Below are positions 37,864 through 47,260 of a stretch of DNA of 64,000 bases, piece after piece. The notes below the pieces were generated by a model. It worked only from the letters and a program-made list of their open reading frames with translations, did not search any database and was not told the origin of the DNA. A program made the translations under genes and the position numbers. Positions within the stretch are counted from its first letter, which is position 1, and each line of letters begins with the position of its first letter. The DNA is from Candidatus Poriferihabitaceae bacterium (GTDB taxonomy: Bacteria; Pseudomonadota; Gammaproteobacteria; Arenicellales; Poriferihabitantaceae), in contig CBDBJR010000001.1 in NCBI GenBank assembly GCA_965206445.1, positions 146,135 through 210,134 of the forward strand, given 5' to 3'.

Positions 37864-37916
37864 TAGTTCCGGGCCATTAGTTCCGGGCCATTAGTTCCGA
37901 GCCATTAGTTCTGCGC
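37861..37916. repeat. 14-bp tandem repeat x4 (cattagttccgggc and variants)
   Basis: Units at 37861-74, 37875-88, 37889-902 and 37903-916. On the minus strand each unit carries a TAATG stop/start overlap. Confidence 0.9.
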
Positions 37917-39401
37917 CGGCGTTAGCGCGCTGATTTGCGTCCAGTTTACCAATCGACGCTGCGGAAACAGCGCCAGCAAACGCTGTTCCAGCTGTTCAAA
38001 TGCAGCCTGGTCGCGCACCAGGCCGCTCACCAGCACTGCGTTCGCATCGATGCTCAGGCCGACCGCCGTCGTCGGCAGCACACTCAGCAGATACGGCCAA
38101 TCTTGAATCCAGTGCTCGAAGGCGATGTTCGGCTGCACGCTGACAAATTCATCGATGTGCTCGAGATGATACTGTTTTCGCATTGCCTGAATCAGATTCC
38201 GCCGGCTGTACTGATTGGGCAACACACCGGTAATCGTCGCCCTCTTGTGGCTTGCAAACAGAGAAATGACGGGCGCAAACTGCCCCGGGGCGACCACCAC
38301 TTGATTGCGCACCTGCTGTTCCAGGCCCAGGCGCGCTATTGTATCGATCAGACGTCCCAGTTGATGCGGATTATCCGCGCGCCCCCAGAGCTGTATTTTA
38401 GTGCCGCCGGTTTGCAAGTGCAAATCCCGCAGCGGCGCCAGCGCGGGCAACAGCGCCAGCAGTTTTTCAATCGGCACGCCGCTTTTCAACCCGCTGTCGG
38501 GGTCAACGCGTATCTGTATTTCCTGTTCCAACCCATCGGCGCCAAAGACCTGTTCGATACCCGCCTCCAGCGCCCCGGCCAGCGCCTGCCCGGCAACCGT
38601 GGTCGCAATACGCACCCCCGACCAATCGACCGTCAGCGTCAAATCCGCAACCCCGGGCGGCGTTTTGCTGCGCAATCGATTTTCCACCTTGACCTGCTCA
38701 ATCAGCGAAACCGGGAAGCCATAGCCAATCCGTCGGGCCTGCTCGAAATCGTCCACCGTGCCGCTCAACACCATTTGGTCACGCCAGCCGATCAAGCTGA
38801 AATATTCCAGCCCGGCGAGATGGCGCAACCCTTGCTGCAGCCCGTCCATCCATAACGGACGCCCGAGGCGATCGTCGATTTTCACCCGATCGGTTACCCG
38901 GCTATCCGGGAAAGCCTGCCGGAACTGGGCCACTACGTGCTCCAGGTGGTCACCGTTCAACTGTCCTTCCAGGGTAAGCCGGGCATCCCTGTGCCGGGCG
39001 TGCAACTGCGGCGCCGGGCGCGGCACTTCTTCCAGGTGGTTAACCACGCCGGTTACCCCCGGGGTAGCCAGAATCAGATCGATCTCGCGCTGAACCCCCG
39101 ATTGCGGCTCGATGCGGCCAATCAGATGCACCTCACGGCCATCCAGAGCCACGTATTGTTTGAACCATGGCCGCTTGCCCAGCTGCGACAACACGGCCTG
39201 CTCCAACCGTTCGGAAACCGCGTTTGCATGACATAAGCTCAACAGCAGCACCGCGCTGCCCAACAGCAAGACGGCATAAAACCAACTGCGCAGATACTGC
39301 TGCCGGGGCGGCCGTGCCTGCAACCACTGTTGCAGCCACTGTTGCAGCGCAGGTCGCAGCCACTGTTGCAGCCTGCTCCGTTGTGCCGCCAGGTCAATCA
39401 T
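37905..39401 (-). CDS. Membrane-anchored BON-domain-like protein (hypothetical)
   Basis: 498 aa. N-terminal QQWL repeats, then a TM segment (WFYAVLLLGSAVLLLSL), then a BON-like segment VALDGREVHLIGRIE...ATPGVTGVVNHLE. ATGA overlap with the upstream DUF482 gene. Confidence 0.45.
   Translation of the reverse strand: MIDLAAQRSRLQQWLRPALQQWLQQWLQARPPRQQYLRSWFYAVLLLGSAVLLLSLCHANAVSERLEQAVLSQLGKRPWFKQYVALDGREVHLIGRIEPQSGVQREIDLILATPGVTGVVNHLEEVPRPAPQLHARHRDARLTLEGQLNGDHLEHVVAQFRQAFPDSRVTDRVKIDDRLGRPLWMDGLQQGLRHLAGLEYFSLIGWRDQMVLSGTVDDFEQARRIGYGFPVSLIEQVKVENRLRSKTPPGVADLTLTVDWSGVRIATTVAGQALAGALEAGIEQVFGADGLEQEIQIRVDPDSGLKSGVPIEKLLALLPALAPLRDLHLQTGGTKIQLWGRADNPHQLGRLIDTIARLGLEQQVRNQVVVAPGQFAPVISLFASHKRATITGVLPNQYSRRNLIQAMRKQYHLEHIDEFVSVQPNIAFEHWIQDWPYLLSVLPTTAVGLSIDANAVLVSGLVRDQAAFEQLEQRLLALFPQRRLVNWTQISALTPAQN
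39324..39371. repeat. 12-bp tandem repeat (ccactgttgcag; 3 perfect and 1 degenerate copy)
   Basis: Encodes LQQWL repeats at the N-terminus of the BON-like protein. Confidence 0.85.
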
Positions 39402-40582
39402 ACCGTCTCCAGATAGGGCGAATGGTCTTTCACCGCCGCGATATACTGCATCACGCCGGCGCGCTCGCGTTCGACAAACTGCCTGATGGCCGCGGTGAAC
39501 GGGCTATCGGCCATCCAATGCACCGAGCGGGTTTCGACCGGCAGGAACCCCCGGGCCACTTTGTGCTCGCCCTGCGCCCCCGGGTCGAATCGCTGCAACC
39601 CGTTTTCAATGCAGTATTCGATGCCCTGATAATAGCAAAGCTCGAAATGCAGGCTGTCAAAATAATCATTGCAGCCCCAGTGGCGGCCATAGAGTGTCGT
39701 CTTGTCCCGGTACATCAGCGCACCGGCGGCACAGACGCCGTCCAATTTTGCCAGCACCAGCACCATTTGTTCGGGCTGTTTTGCCGCCATATCCTGAAAA
39801 AACGCCAGATTGAATGCCGGCGCGCCATATTTTCGGTCATATATCCGGTGATACAAGCGGGTGAAATCAAACCAGTCCCGCGCGCTGGCAGTGTGCCCGT
39901 CGAGGCGCTGAATGCGCAGTCTGGCCTGCGTCACTTTGCGCCGCTCCTGGCGGATATTTTTGCGCTTTTTTGCTTTCAGCGTGCGTAGAAAATCCTCAAA
40001 ATCGGCATAGTCCCGATTGTGCCAGTGAAACTGGCAGTCACTCCGGCTCAGCATGTCTGCGCCCTGCATGACGGCATAGTCGCCGACGTCCGGAAACAGG
40101 CAATGGAGGCCGCTGAATTTATCCTGCTGCAATAGCGCCCGAACCTGCTCAAGCAATGCGCCGACCACGTGCTCGCGCCGGCTATCCGCCGCCAGGATGC
40201 GCTGCCCGGTGGCCGGCGTAAACGGAACGGCATTGACCAGTTTGGGATAATACGCCAGGCCGACGCGCTCGAACGCGTGCGCCCAGGCATGGTCAAACAC
40301 GAACTCCCCCCAGGAATTGTATTTGGCATACATCGGCATCGCGCCCACCAGATGATCGCCGTCAAAGCAGCACAGGTGATGCGGAATCCAGCCGGTATGC
40401 TCGCCGACGCATTGATGCCGCTCCAGACCGGCAAGAAAGCCATGCTGCAAAAAGGGGTAGCCGTCCCGCACCATGCCGTCCCATTGATGGGGGTCAAGTG
40501 CGGTAATATCGGAGCACAGTCGCGTTTTCACAGAGCAGGGCGCGGGCAAATTCTCAATTATTATCTGTCGGCAAGTATCCAT
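39398..40582 (-). CDS. DUF482 / FemAB-like GNAT-fold protein
   Basis: 394 aa. YPFLQHGFLAGLE...GW.PHHL...MPMYAKYNSWGEFVFDHAW...YYPKL....PFTPATG is typical of the DUF482 family. Confidence 0.65.
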   Translation of the reverse strand: MDTCRQIIIENLPAPCSVKTRLCSDITALDPHQWDGMVRDGYPFLQHGFLAGLERHQCVGEHTGWIPHHLCCFDGDHLVGAMPMYAKYNSWGEFVFDHAWAHAFERVGLAYYPKLVNAVPFTPATGQRILAADSRREHVVGALLEQVRALLQQDKFSGLHCLFPDVGDYAVMQGADMLSRSDCQFHWHNRDYADFEDFLRTLKAKKRKNIRQERRKVTQARLRIQRLDGHTASARDWFDFTRLYHRIYDRKYGAPAFNLAFFQDMAAKQPEQMVLVLAKLDGVCAAGALMYRDKTTLYGRHWGCNDYFDSLHFELCYYQGIEYCIENGLQRFDPGAQGEHKVARGFLPVETRSVHWMADSPFTAAIRQFVERERAGVMQYIAAVKDHSPYLETV

Positions 40583-40660
40583 CGCCTTTCATACTAACAC
40601 CAGGTGCAAGGCGCCAAACAACCGATGGCGCAAATTGTGCCGGTCGGAAGTCCGGGAGTA

Positions 40661-41623
40661 TTATTTTGATCTGGATTCGAACTTTTTCTTTAGATCGTAT
40701 ATCTGCTCTTTTGTCAGAGCTATCCGGTTTTTATGAATTACAGCGTGACAATTTGGACATACGGGTAGTAAGTCGTTTTCCGGGTCAACCTGATATTGCT
40801 CTGTTACTTCGGAAAGAGGCGTAATATGATGAACATGAATAATTTTATCGTATTGACTTCCATACACTTTCCCAAAATCAAAGCTGCAAACAACGCATTT
40901 TGCTCCATGAAGATCTAAACAGAATTTTCTTGCTTTTGGATCTCTTTCGTAGCGATTGACTGTTATTTGCACCTTTGCTCCTTCATGACAAATTTTTTGA
41001 TCTATTGGCGGTATTTCTTCCGGGGTTTGCTGTTTGGGTATGTCAACCACTCCCCAAAGCAACCAATCAAGAACCCATAAATTTAAATCGCTTGAAATAT
41101 CTTTTGAAAATTCGTTCAAAAATTGATTTAAAGAATCATATTTTTCTCCGTCAGAAGAGCCACGGGGGAAATCGGGCCATACATTCAATTTTTTTAACGC
41201 TTGTTCCGAAGTACCATTCCAAACGGCATATTTCCCCTTAAAGGCAACCAGCAAAAAAGCCGTCGCGATTCCCTTTCCAAAATACTTTTTCTCAAAACTG
41301 TCGTCAATCCTTGTTCCTATTGGTTTTGTTTCATCAAGGCAAATTTTGAGCACTCTCTTCAAATCTGCCATATCTTCTGTAAGATGGTTCTTATGCCTTC
41401 CCAACCTTGTCCAATGTTTGTTTTTCTTAAACGACAAAAACCCTTGAAAATCTTCCTTTGAGAGTGTATCAATATTCTGAAAAATTCCCCCGTAGTAAGA
41501 AAAAACCTCGCGTCGTGCTTCTTCCTTCGCTTCAAGGTTTTCTTCATCTGCTTCCCGAAGCTCGTCCAATACATTCTCCAGTATTTTTACCGCATTCCAA
41601 TATCGTTCGTCTTTGTTCATCAT
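40661..41623 (-). CDS. HNH endonuclease with an unrecognised ~220-aa N-terminal domain (McrA-like, orphan)
   Basis: C-terminal YERDPKARKFCLDLHGAKCVVCSFDFGKVYG...IHVHHITPLSE...DPENDLLPVCPNCHAVIH. The gene is strongly AT-rich relative to both flanks. Confidence 0.8.
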   Translation of the reverse strand: MMNKDERYWNAVKILENVLDELREADEENLEAKEEARREVFSYYGGIFQNIDTLSKEDFQGFLSFKKNKHWTRLGRHKNHLTEDMADLKRVLKICLDETKPIGTRIDDSFEKKYFGKGIATAFLLVAFKGKYAVWNGTSEQALKKLNVWPDFPRGSSDGEKYDSLNQFLNEFSKDISSDLNLWVLDWLLWGVVDIPKQQTPEEIPPIDQKICHEGAKVQITVNRYERDPKARKFCLDLHGAKCVVCSFDFGKVYGSQYDKIIHVHHITPLSEVTEQYQVDPENDLLPVCPNCHAVIHKNRIALTKEQIYDLKKKFESRSK

Positions 41624-41691
41624 CCACCTGTTTATTCGCGATTACCGCCGCTATGATAATTGCCGCCTGATCGATCAGGATCCCGTCCGCA

Positions 41692-43134
41692 TCATTGAAT
41701 AGTTTTAATCAGCTGCCCCGCCTGCGGTTCACCGTTGGGGTACAACTCATTCAGCAGCCTCAACTGCTCTTTCGCATATTGGCCGACGCCCGTTTGGCCG
41801 GCCAGCGAGGCGATGCTGTCGCCGGGCTTCGCCCGCACGATCCGGAGGTTTTTCCCGGTTGCCAGTGCGCGCTCCTGACGGTTCAATTGTCGGATGCTGT
41901 TGACCGTGCTGTAAAACGCTCTGGTCGGCAGGTCGGCTCGGCCGAAGCCGGAAATAACCCATGCCCGGCCGCTGTGAAACACCGTCGCGACGGCAATCGG
42001 CCGCTCGCCATAGGCGGTGCGCCCGCGGATCAAGCCGGTGTAGCGCGTCGGGCTGAGTGCCCGACCCTGGAACAGGCCGCTGGCGCGGCGGCGCAGATAC
42101 TGCTCCGGGGTTTCCGGCCCGGTCGCCTCGCCCAGCTGCACCAATAGCGTCGCCTGATTGTCGGCTCGCACCGCAATCAACCGGCCGGGCTGATTTTCAA
42201 TCCGCCAGCCGGACGGAAATTGCAGCGCAAAATCCAGCCTTTTGTGGTAGAAGTGCGGGCCTTGTACGATGCCGCTATGCTCGCTGTGGCCGAAAGGCAT
42301 GCCGTCCAATAGCCGCAGAAAATTTTCCGGGTCGGTCTGCACCGGGTTCGGGTTGGCGAATTTTCTGGCCGCGCGAATCACCTCCTGCAGGCGTTGGTCG
42401 TTGCGCGGATGGGTGGCGTATACCCCATGGTACTTGCGCGCTTTGCGCCCTTCCCGGCGGGCGCGCTGCATATCGAAGGCTTCCTGATCTTTCAGCAGGC
42501 CGATGACATCGAGCATTTTTTCGGGGGCATATCCGACCCGCGCCAGATATTCCGCCCCCAGCCGATCCGCTTCCAGCTCGTGGCGGCGGCCGTAGCCGCT
42601 GGTCCAGGCGTGGGTGAACTGCCCGGCTGTCCGGGCGATGCTGCTGCTGCCGGTTAAAATCCCGATGCCGGTCTGCAGCAGCCCGGCTCCGGTCTGCGCG
42701 GTCTGTTGACGCACACTATGACGCGCGGTGACATGCCCGATTTCGTGCCCCAGCACGCCGGCCAATTCCGCTTCACTGTTCATATAGGCGATGATTCCGC
42801 GGGTGATGTAAACGTAGCCGCCCGGTAGCGCGAAGGCGTTCACTTCCGGTGAATCCAATACGGTAAACGTAAACCGCAAATGCTTTCGATGGCTGTTTTT
42901 CGCCAGTTTTTGGCCGAGACGATTGACATAGTTTTGTAGCTCGCGATCGGCATACACCGAGTACTGCTGCAACAGCAGCGCATGGTGTTTCCTGCCCAGC
43001 GCGATCTCCTGCTGCTCGCTGATTAACACCAGGTTCTGCTGACCGGTCACCGGGTTGGTGGCGCACCCGGCAACACTCAGCAGCAGGAGCGCCGCCAGGG
43101 ATTGAACCGCCAGTGGCAAAGCAAAATTTCTCAT
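41692..43134 (-). CDS. M48-family zinc metalloprotease lipoprotein with C-terminal LysM domain
   Basis: Lipobox LLSVAGC, HEIGHVTARH zinc motif, C-terminal LysM-like VRAKPGDSIASLAGQTGV...LLNEL. Confidence 0.75.
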   Translation of the reverse strand: MRNFALPLAVQSLAALLLLSVAGCATNPVTGQQNLVLISEQQEIALGRKHHALLLQQYSVYADRELQNYVNRLGQKLAKNSHRKHLRFTFTVLDSPEVNAFALPGGYVYITRGIIAYMNSEAELAGVLGHEIGHVTARHSVRQQTAQTGAGLLQTGIGILTGSSSIARTAGQFTHAWTSGYGRRHELEADRLGAEYLARVGYAPEKMLDVIGLLKDQEAFDMQRARREGRKARKYHGVYATHPRNDQRLQEVIRAARKFANPNPVQTDPENFLRLLDGMPFGHSEHSGIVQGPHFYHKRLDFALQFPSGWRIENQPGRLIAVRADNQATLLVQLGEATGPETPEQYLRRRASGLFQGRALSPTRYTGLIRGRTAYGERPIAVATVFHSGRAWVISGFGRADLPTRAFYSTVNSIRQLNRQERALATGKNLRIVRAKPGDSIASLAGQTGVGQYAKEQLRLLNELYPNGEPQAGQLIKTIQ

Positions 43135-43353
43135 GTTGACCTCGTTGGTTGCGTTTCGCGTGTCGCCGTGGGCGCCGCGCCCATTATAGCCGCAGTGACC
43201 GGCGCGCCGGTGCTGTCGGCCCTATGTGCTGCCGACGCTGCCGGCGCTGCGGGTGATGCCGGTATGACGGGCGCCGGATAATTTGCCGGCCGCCCCAGGC
43301 TGTGAGCGCGCGGCTGTCCGCCCGGACGCCGACCGGGTTCGGCGGTATTGGCA

Positions 43354-44880
43354 TTACTCCGGCGCGCTGTTGTCCGGCAAACCCGGTGTTTCCGCCGGCG
43401 ACGGCGCATCAACCGGCACCGCCGTTAGCTGCAACCGATCGGTCGAAAAATTCAGCGGCTCGGACGCCAGCGCCGGCATCGACTTGCTGATCTTGCTGGA
43501 CAGCTGGGTAAACCGCTCCACCTTGCCATGCAGGCCCTGCTGGCCGGTCAACGCGGTCACCGTATCGTTGTAGTGATTGCTGGCGGCCGTCAATGTTCGG
43601 CCCAGTTTTTGCAGCCGCTCGGCCACCGTGCAAACAGAATTATAGATCTCACCGGCGCGGTCGCTGATTTCTCGCGCTTCGGCATTGCTGCGCTCCATCA
43701 TCCAGAGATTGGCAATGGTTTTCAGGATCGGCACCAGCGTGGTATGCGACACCAGTACGATGCCTTTTTCATAGCCGTAGCCGAACAGCGATTCCCGGTG
43801 TTTAAGCGCATCGATATAGGCCGGCTCGATCGGAATAAACATCAAGACAAAGCTCGGGCTACGCATGCCGATAAGGCCGGTATAGTCTTTCGAGGCCAGG
43901 TCGTCAATCTGATTTTTTATGAATGCCGCGTGCTCATCCAGCGCCGCTTGTTGTTGTTCGACCGAGTCGGCGGCAACCGCACGCGCATACGCGGCCAACG
44001 ATACCTTGCTGTCGATAATGATATGCTTGTTATCCGGCAGCTTGATGATGTAATCGGTGTATTTGTCCCGGCCCTCGCGATCCTTGAAGCGGGTTTGCCG
44101 GGCATAATGCGCGTCTTCGATCAGCCCGCTGAGCTGGAGTGTCCGCTCCAGTTGGGCCTCGCCCCAGGCGCCTATTTTCTGGGTGTCGCCCTTCAGCGCC
44201 GAGGTCAGGTTTTGCGCCTCGTCGCTCATCTTCAGCCCGACCTCGAGGATTTTTTTAATTTCCCCCTCCATTTCGGTTTTGTTTTTAATCGACTCCGAGT
44301 GCAGCGTATCAATCCTGTTCCGAAAGCCGGTTATCTGCTCTCTAAACGGCTGTAACAGCTGATTGATTGCCTGCTGATTGGCGGACGAAAAACTTTTGCC
44401 TTTTTGTTCAAAAATTCGATTGGCCAGATTTTCAAACTCTTTCTCCAGCAGCTTCTTTTGCTCGTTAAACTGCGCCAGTTCGCGCGCATGGCTTTGATCG
44501 CGCTCTTGCTGCGCGGTTTTCAGTTCGGCATTGGTCCGGCTTAGCTGCATCAACTGCGCGCGCAGGGTGTCTGTCTGCTCGCTCTGGCGCTCCAGCTGCT
44601 GCTGGGTTTGCAGATTATTTTGCCGCAGATTGCTTTCCGCTTCATGCCAAACGGCGCGCGCCTTTTCCAGGTTATGGTTATCCTCATGCAGCGCCGTCCG
44701 GTTTTTTTCCAGCTCCGCTATCGTTTGATCCTGCGCGCTGACCTGCTGTTCCAGATGCCCGCACTGCCGCGTCTTTTCGGCGGCCTCTCCCGCCAGCCGG
44801 CCGATTTTTTTAACGGCGACAACTCCGATGACGGCGACGCCCAACAGCAAAACAAAGATGACAGCGATTTGAATATCCAT
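43354..44880 (-). CDS. rmuC: DNA recombination protein RmuC
   Basis: Trimmed to MDIQIAVIFVLLLG.... N-terminal TM and long coiled coil, then the RmuC nuclease-like C-terminal region (DYIIKLPDNKHIIIDSKVSL). Confidence 0.8.
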   Translation of the reverse strand: MDIQIAVIFVLLLGVAVIGVVAVKKIGRLAGEAAEKTRQCGHLEQQVSAQDQTIAELEKNRTALHEDNHNLEKARAVWHEAESNLRQNNLQTQQQLERQSEQTDTLRAQLMQLSRTNAELKTAQQERDQSHARELAQFNEQKKLLEKEFENLANRIFEQKGKSFSSANQQAINQLLQPFREQITGFRNRIDTLHSESIKNKTEMEGEIKKILEVGLKMSDEAQNLTSALKGDTQKIGAWGEAQLERTLQLSGLIEDAHYARQTRFKDREGRDKYTDYIIKLPDNKHIIIDSKVSLAAYARAVAADSVEQQQAALDEHAAFIKNQIDDLASKDYTGLIGMRSPSFVLMFIPIEPAYIDALKHRESLFGYGYEKGIVLVSHTTLVPILKTIANLWMMERSNAEAREISDRAGEIYNSVCTVAERLQKLGRTLTAASNHYNDTVTALTGQQGLHGKVERFTQLSSKISKSMPALASEPLNFSTDRLQLTAVPVDAPSPAETPGLPDNSAPE

Positions 44881-45006
44881 AACGGTTTCTCTTGATTGAC
44901 GCCACTGGCGGTTAAATCCAATCAACCCCATGCCGGCGATACGGCGCCGACCCGATTTTTTATTTTTTCCCCGCGTGCAACCGCATCGCCGGCGAAATGC
45001 AGTCGG

Positions 45007-46008
45007 CTATCGTTGTTCCCGCTCGGCGGAAAAATCCGGCACATATCTTGACAGCGACGCGGGTGCCATGCCGGCAAAAACACGGCGGCGCACCGCATAC
45101 CAGTAGGCGCCAAAAAAGACGATGAACAAGCCAAAAACGGCAAACACGATCAGCGTCGCATTCTCGATATTCAGCCGATTTTCCTTGACCAGTTGAAACG
45201 CGGCATACATCGCGTACGACAGACTCGAGACCAGCAGCGCCCGGCGATCGATGTACAGCGCGACCAGAAAAAACCCGATAAACAACAGCAAAATCAGCAC
45301 ATCCCGAAACGGCAGCGGGTCGGCCGATGCCAACAGGCCGATCATGACCCCGTGGACGATTAACGGCGCGGCCAGCAGATGCAGCCAGAACCCGGTATCA
45401 CTGGCCCGGGTTGTGCGCGCCGTATCGCGCGCATCGAACCGCATTGCGGCGACAAACACCCAGAGGCCGTAAAAACTCAGCACGTGCTGGTGTTCCAGAA
45501 TATAGTCAATATCCGATCCTATCGATAAATTGAAAATGCACAGTATGCCGAACGCTATCGGGACAACCGCAAACGGGATGCGGTAGCGCCAGTAAAACAC
45601 CCCCGCCACCGCGGTCAGCGCGGCCAGAATAGGTACATCATAGTCCAGCAGCGACGTGATCAGCAGGCTGGAAAAAAACAATATGACCAACAGCAGCGCA
45701 ATGCCCGAAAGCGCCAGCCGTTGAATCCGCGCCAGCCACTCGGTGATGGCGAAAAAGGTCACCACCGGAATGATATTGAGGTAGGGGTGCATCTCTATCT
45801 GTGCAATCGCAAACGCAATAAAAACGATGCCAAGGGTAATGTGGATATCGCCAAAGCTGCGTAGAAATCGCAGCGGCTCGCCGCTGTTTTGATCGTCCGG
45901 AGTGTGCGCTTCAGGCCCCAGGAAATCGAGCAGCGGTTCAACCTGATCGTCGCGGATGAGTCCCTGTTCCGCCGCGGCATGGAGTTTTTCACGATTCATG
46001 CTGTTCAC
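45007..46008 (-). CDS. Polytopic membrane protein (hypothetical)
   Basis: 333 aa with about 8-9 hydrophobic segments. I recognise no family motif. Confidence 0.5.
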   Translation of the reverse strand: MNSMNREKLHAAAEQGLIRDDQVEPLLDFLGPEAHTPDDQNSGEPLRFLRSFGDIHITLGIVFIAFAIAQIEMHPYLNIIPVVTFFAITEWLARIQRLALSGIALLLVILFFSSLLITSLLDYDVPILAALTAVAGVFYWRYRIPFAVVPIAFGILCIFNLSIGSDIDYILEHQHVLSFYGLWVFVAAMRFDARDTARTTRASDTGFWLHLLAAPLIVHGVMIGLLASADPLPFRDVLILLLFIGFFLVALYIDRRALLVSSLSYAMYAAFQLVKENRLNIENATLIVFAVFGLFIVFFGAYWYAVRRRVFAGMAPASLSRYVPDFSAEREQR

Positions 46009-46240
46009 CGCTGTTGTTCTCCGCTCGATAGCCTGCCGTTGATACGCCGCTGGGCGCGGCTTCGACCCTGCATCGCCCGGCGTGATCGTCTATACTATCG
46101 GTATACATCTTCGGTCGGCCGGATGTGCATGTATTGTCACCGGCCGCATTGAGCAAACCAATCCGACCCGCTGGCCGCTTGCGCCGCGCGGTACCGCAGA
46201 CAAAACGGCGGCGTGTCGGCTTCCAAATCAGCTTAGCATC

Positions 46241-47074
46241 ATGCCATCCAAAAAAATAGCCGCATCGATTGAAATTTCGCCGTCGCAAGCGGCCGACAGT
46301 CCACATTTGCCGGGGCTGTTCCCGCCGCAAACCCGCGTGTATATCACCGATGTCGGCACCGATAGCACGGCAACCATCGTTGCCGGCGCCAAACGGGTCG
46401 CCGAGCTCGGCTATCGCGCGGTACCGCATTTCGCCTCCCGACGCCTGTCCACCAAAGCCGCGCTGCGCAGCCGCGTGCAGTTGCTGGCCGAACAGGCGGG
46501 GGTGCGGGATATTCTGGTGATCGGCGGCGGCCGGGAAACCCCGGCGGGCGATTTTTCTTCGAGCATGGCAGTGCTGGAAACCGGCTTTTTCGATCACTAC
46601 GGCATAAAACACATCGCCGTAGCGGGGCACCCGGAAGGCTCGCCGGATTTTTCCGCCGCGCTCGCCCTGTCGGCGCTGAAATTGAAATGCGCGTTTGCAG
46701 AGCGCACCGATGCCGACCTGCGCATCGTGACGCAGTTTGGTTTCGACCTTGACGGCGCGCTCGAATGGAGCCGGCAGCTAACGGCCGAAGGCATCGAGCT
46801 GCCGGTTCATCTGGGCGTTGCCGGGCCGACCCGGCTGACCACGCTGATCAAATTTGCCGCATTGTGCGGCGTCGGCAATTCGATTCGCTTCCTGAAGCAG
46901 CGCGCCTCTACACTGACGACGCTGGCGACCGGGTTCGACCCGGAAACCCTGGTCGCACCGCTCGAACAGCGCCTGGCCGCGCAGCCGGATGCGACGATTC
47001 GGCAAATTCATGTCTTTCCGTTTGGCGGTTTGCAAAAATCCGCGGCCTGGCTGAAACAGCGCGGAAGCTGGTGA
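46241..47074 (+). CDS. Methylenetetrahydrofolate reductase-like protein
   Basis: Trimmed to MPSKKIAASIEISP.... TIM-barrel MTHFR-like pattern (...VTDV...VPHFASR...DILVIGG...GHPEG...). Confidence 0.55.
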   Translation: MPSKKIAASIEISPSQAADSPHLPGLFPPQTRVYITDVGTDSTATIVAGAKRVAELGYRAVPHFASRRLSTKAALRSRVQLLAEQAGVRDILVIGGGRETPAGDFSSSMAVLETGFFDHYGIKHIAVAGHPEGSPDFSAALALSALKLKCAFAERTDADLRIVTQFGFDLDGALEWSRQLTAEGIELPVHLGVAGPTRLTTLIKFAALCGVGNSIRFLKQRASTLTTLATGFDPETLVAPLEQRLAAQPDATIRQIHVFPFGGLQKSAAWLKQRGSW

Positions 47075-47260
47075 TAGCCGGGCCGGGACGGGATGATCGG
47101 GGCTGCATGAGCGGTTGCGTTTGGTGCATAATCATCGCGTTTCCTGTGTGCCCGCATACGCCCCAGGCCGCCACCGGTGCAACGCCACGGCACCGACCGA
47201 GTGCGGTGTTGAACCGGCCGTATGCCGGGCGGCAGATGGGGATGACAGCGACAACAATAC

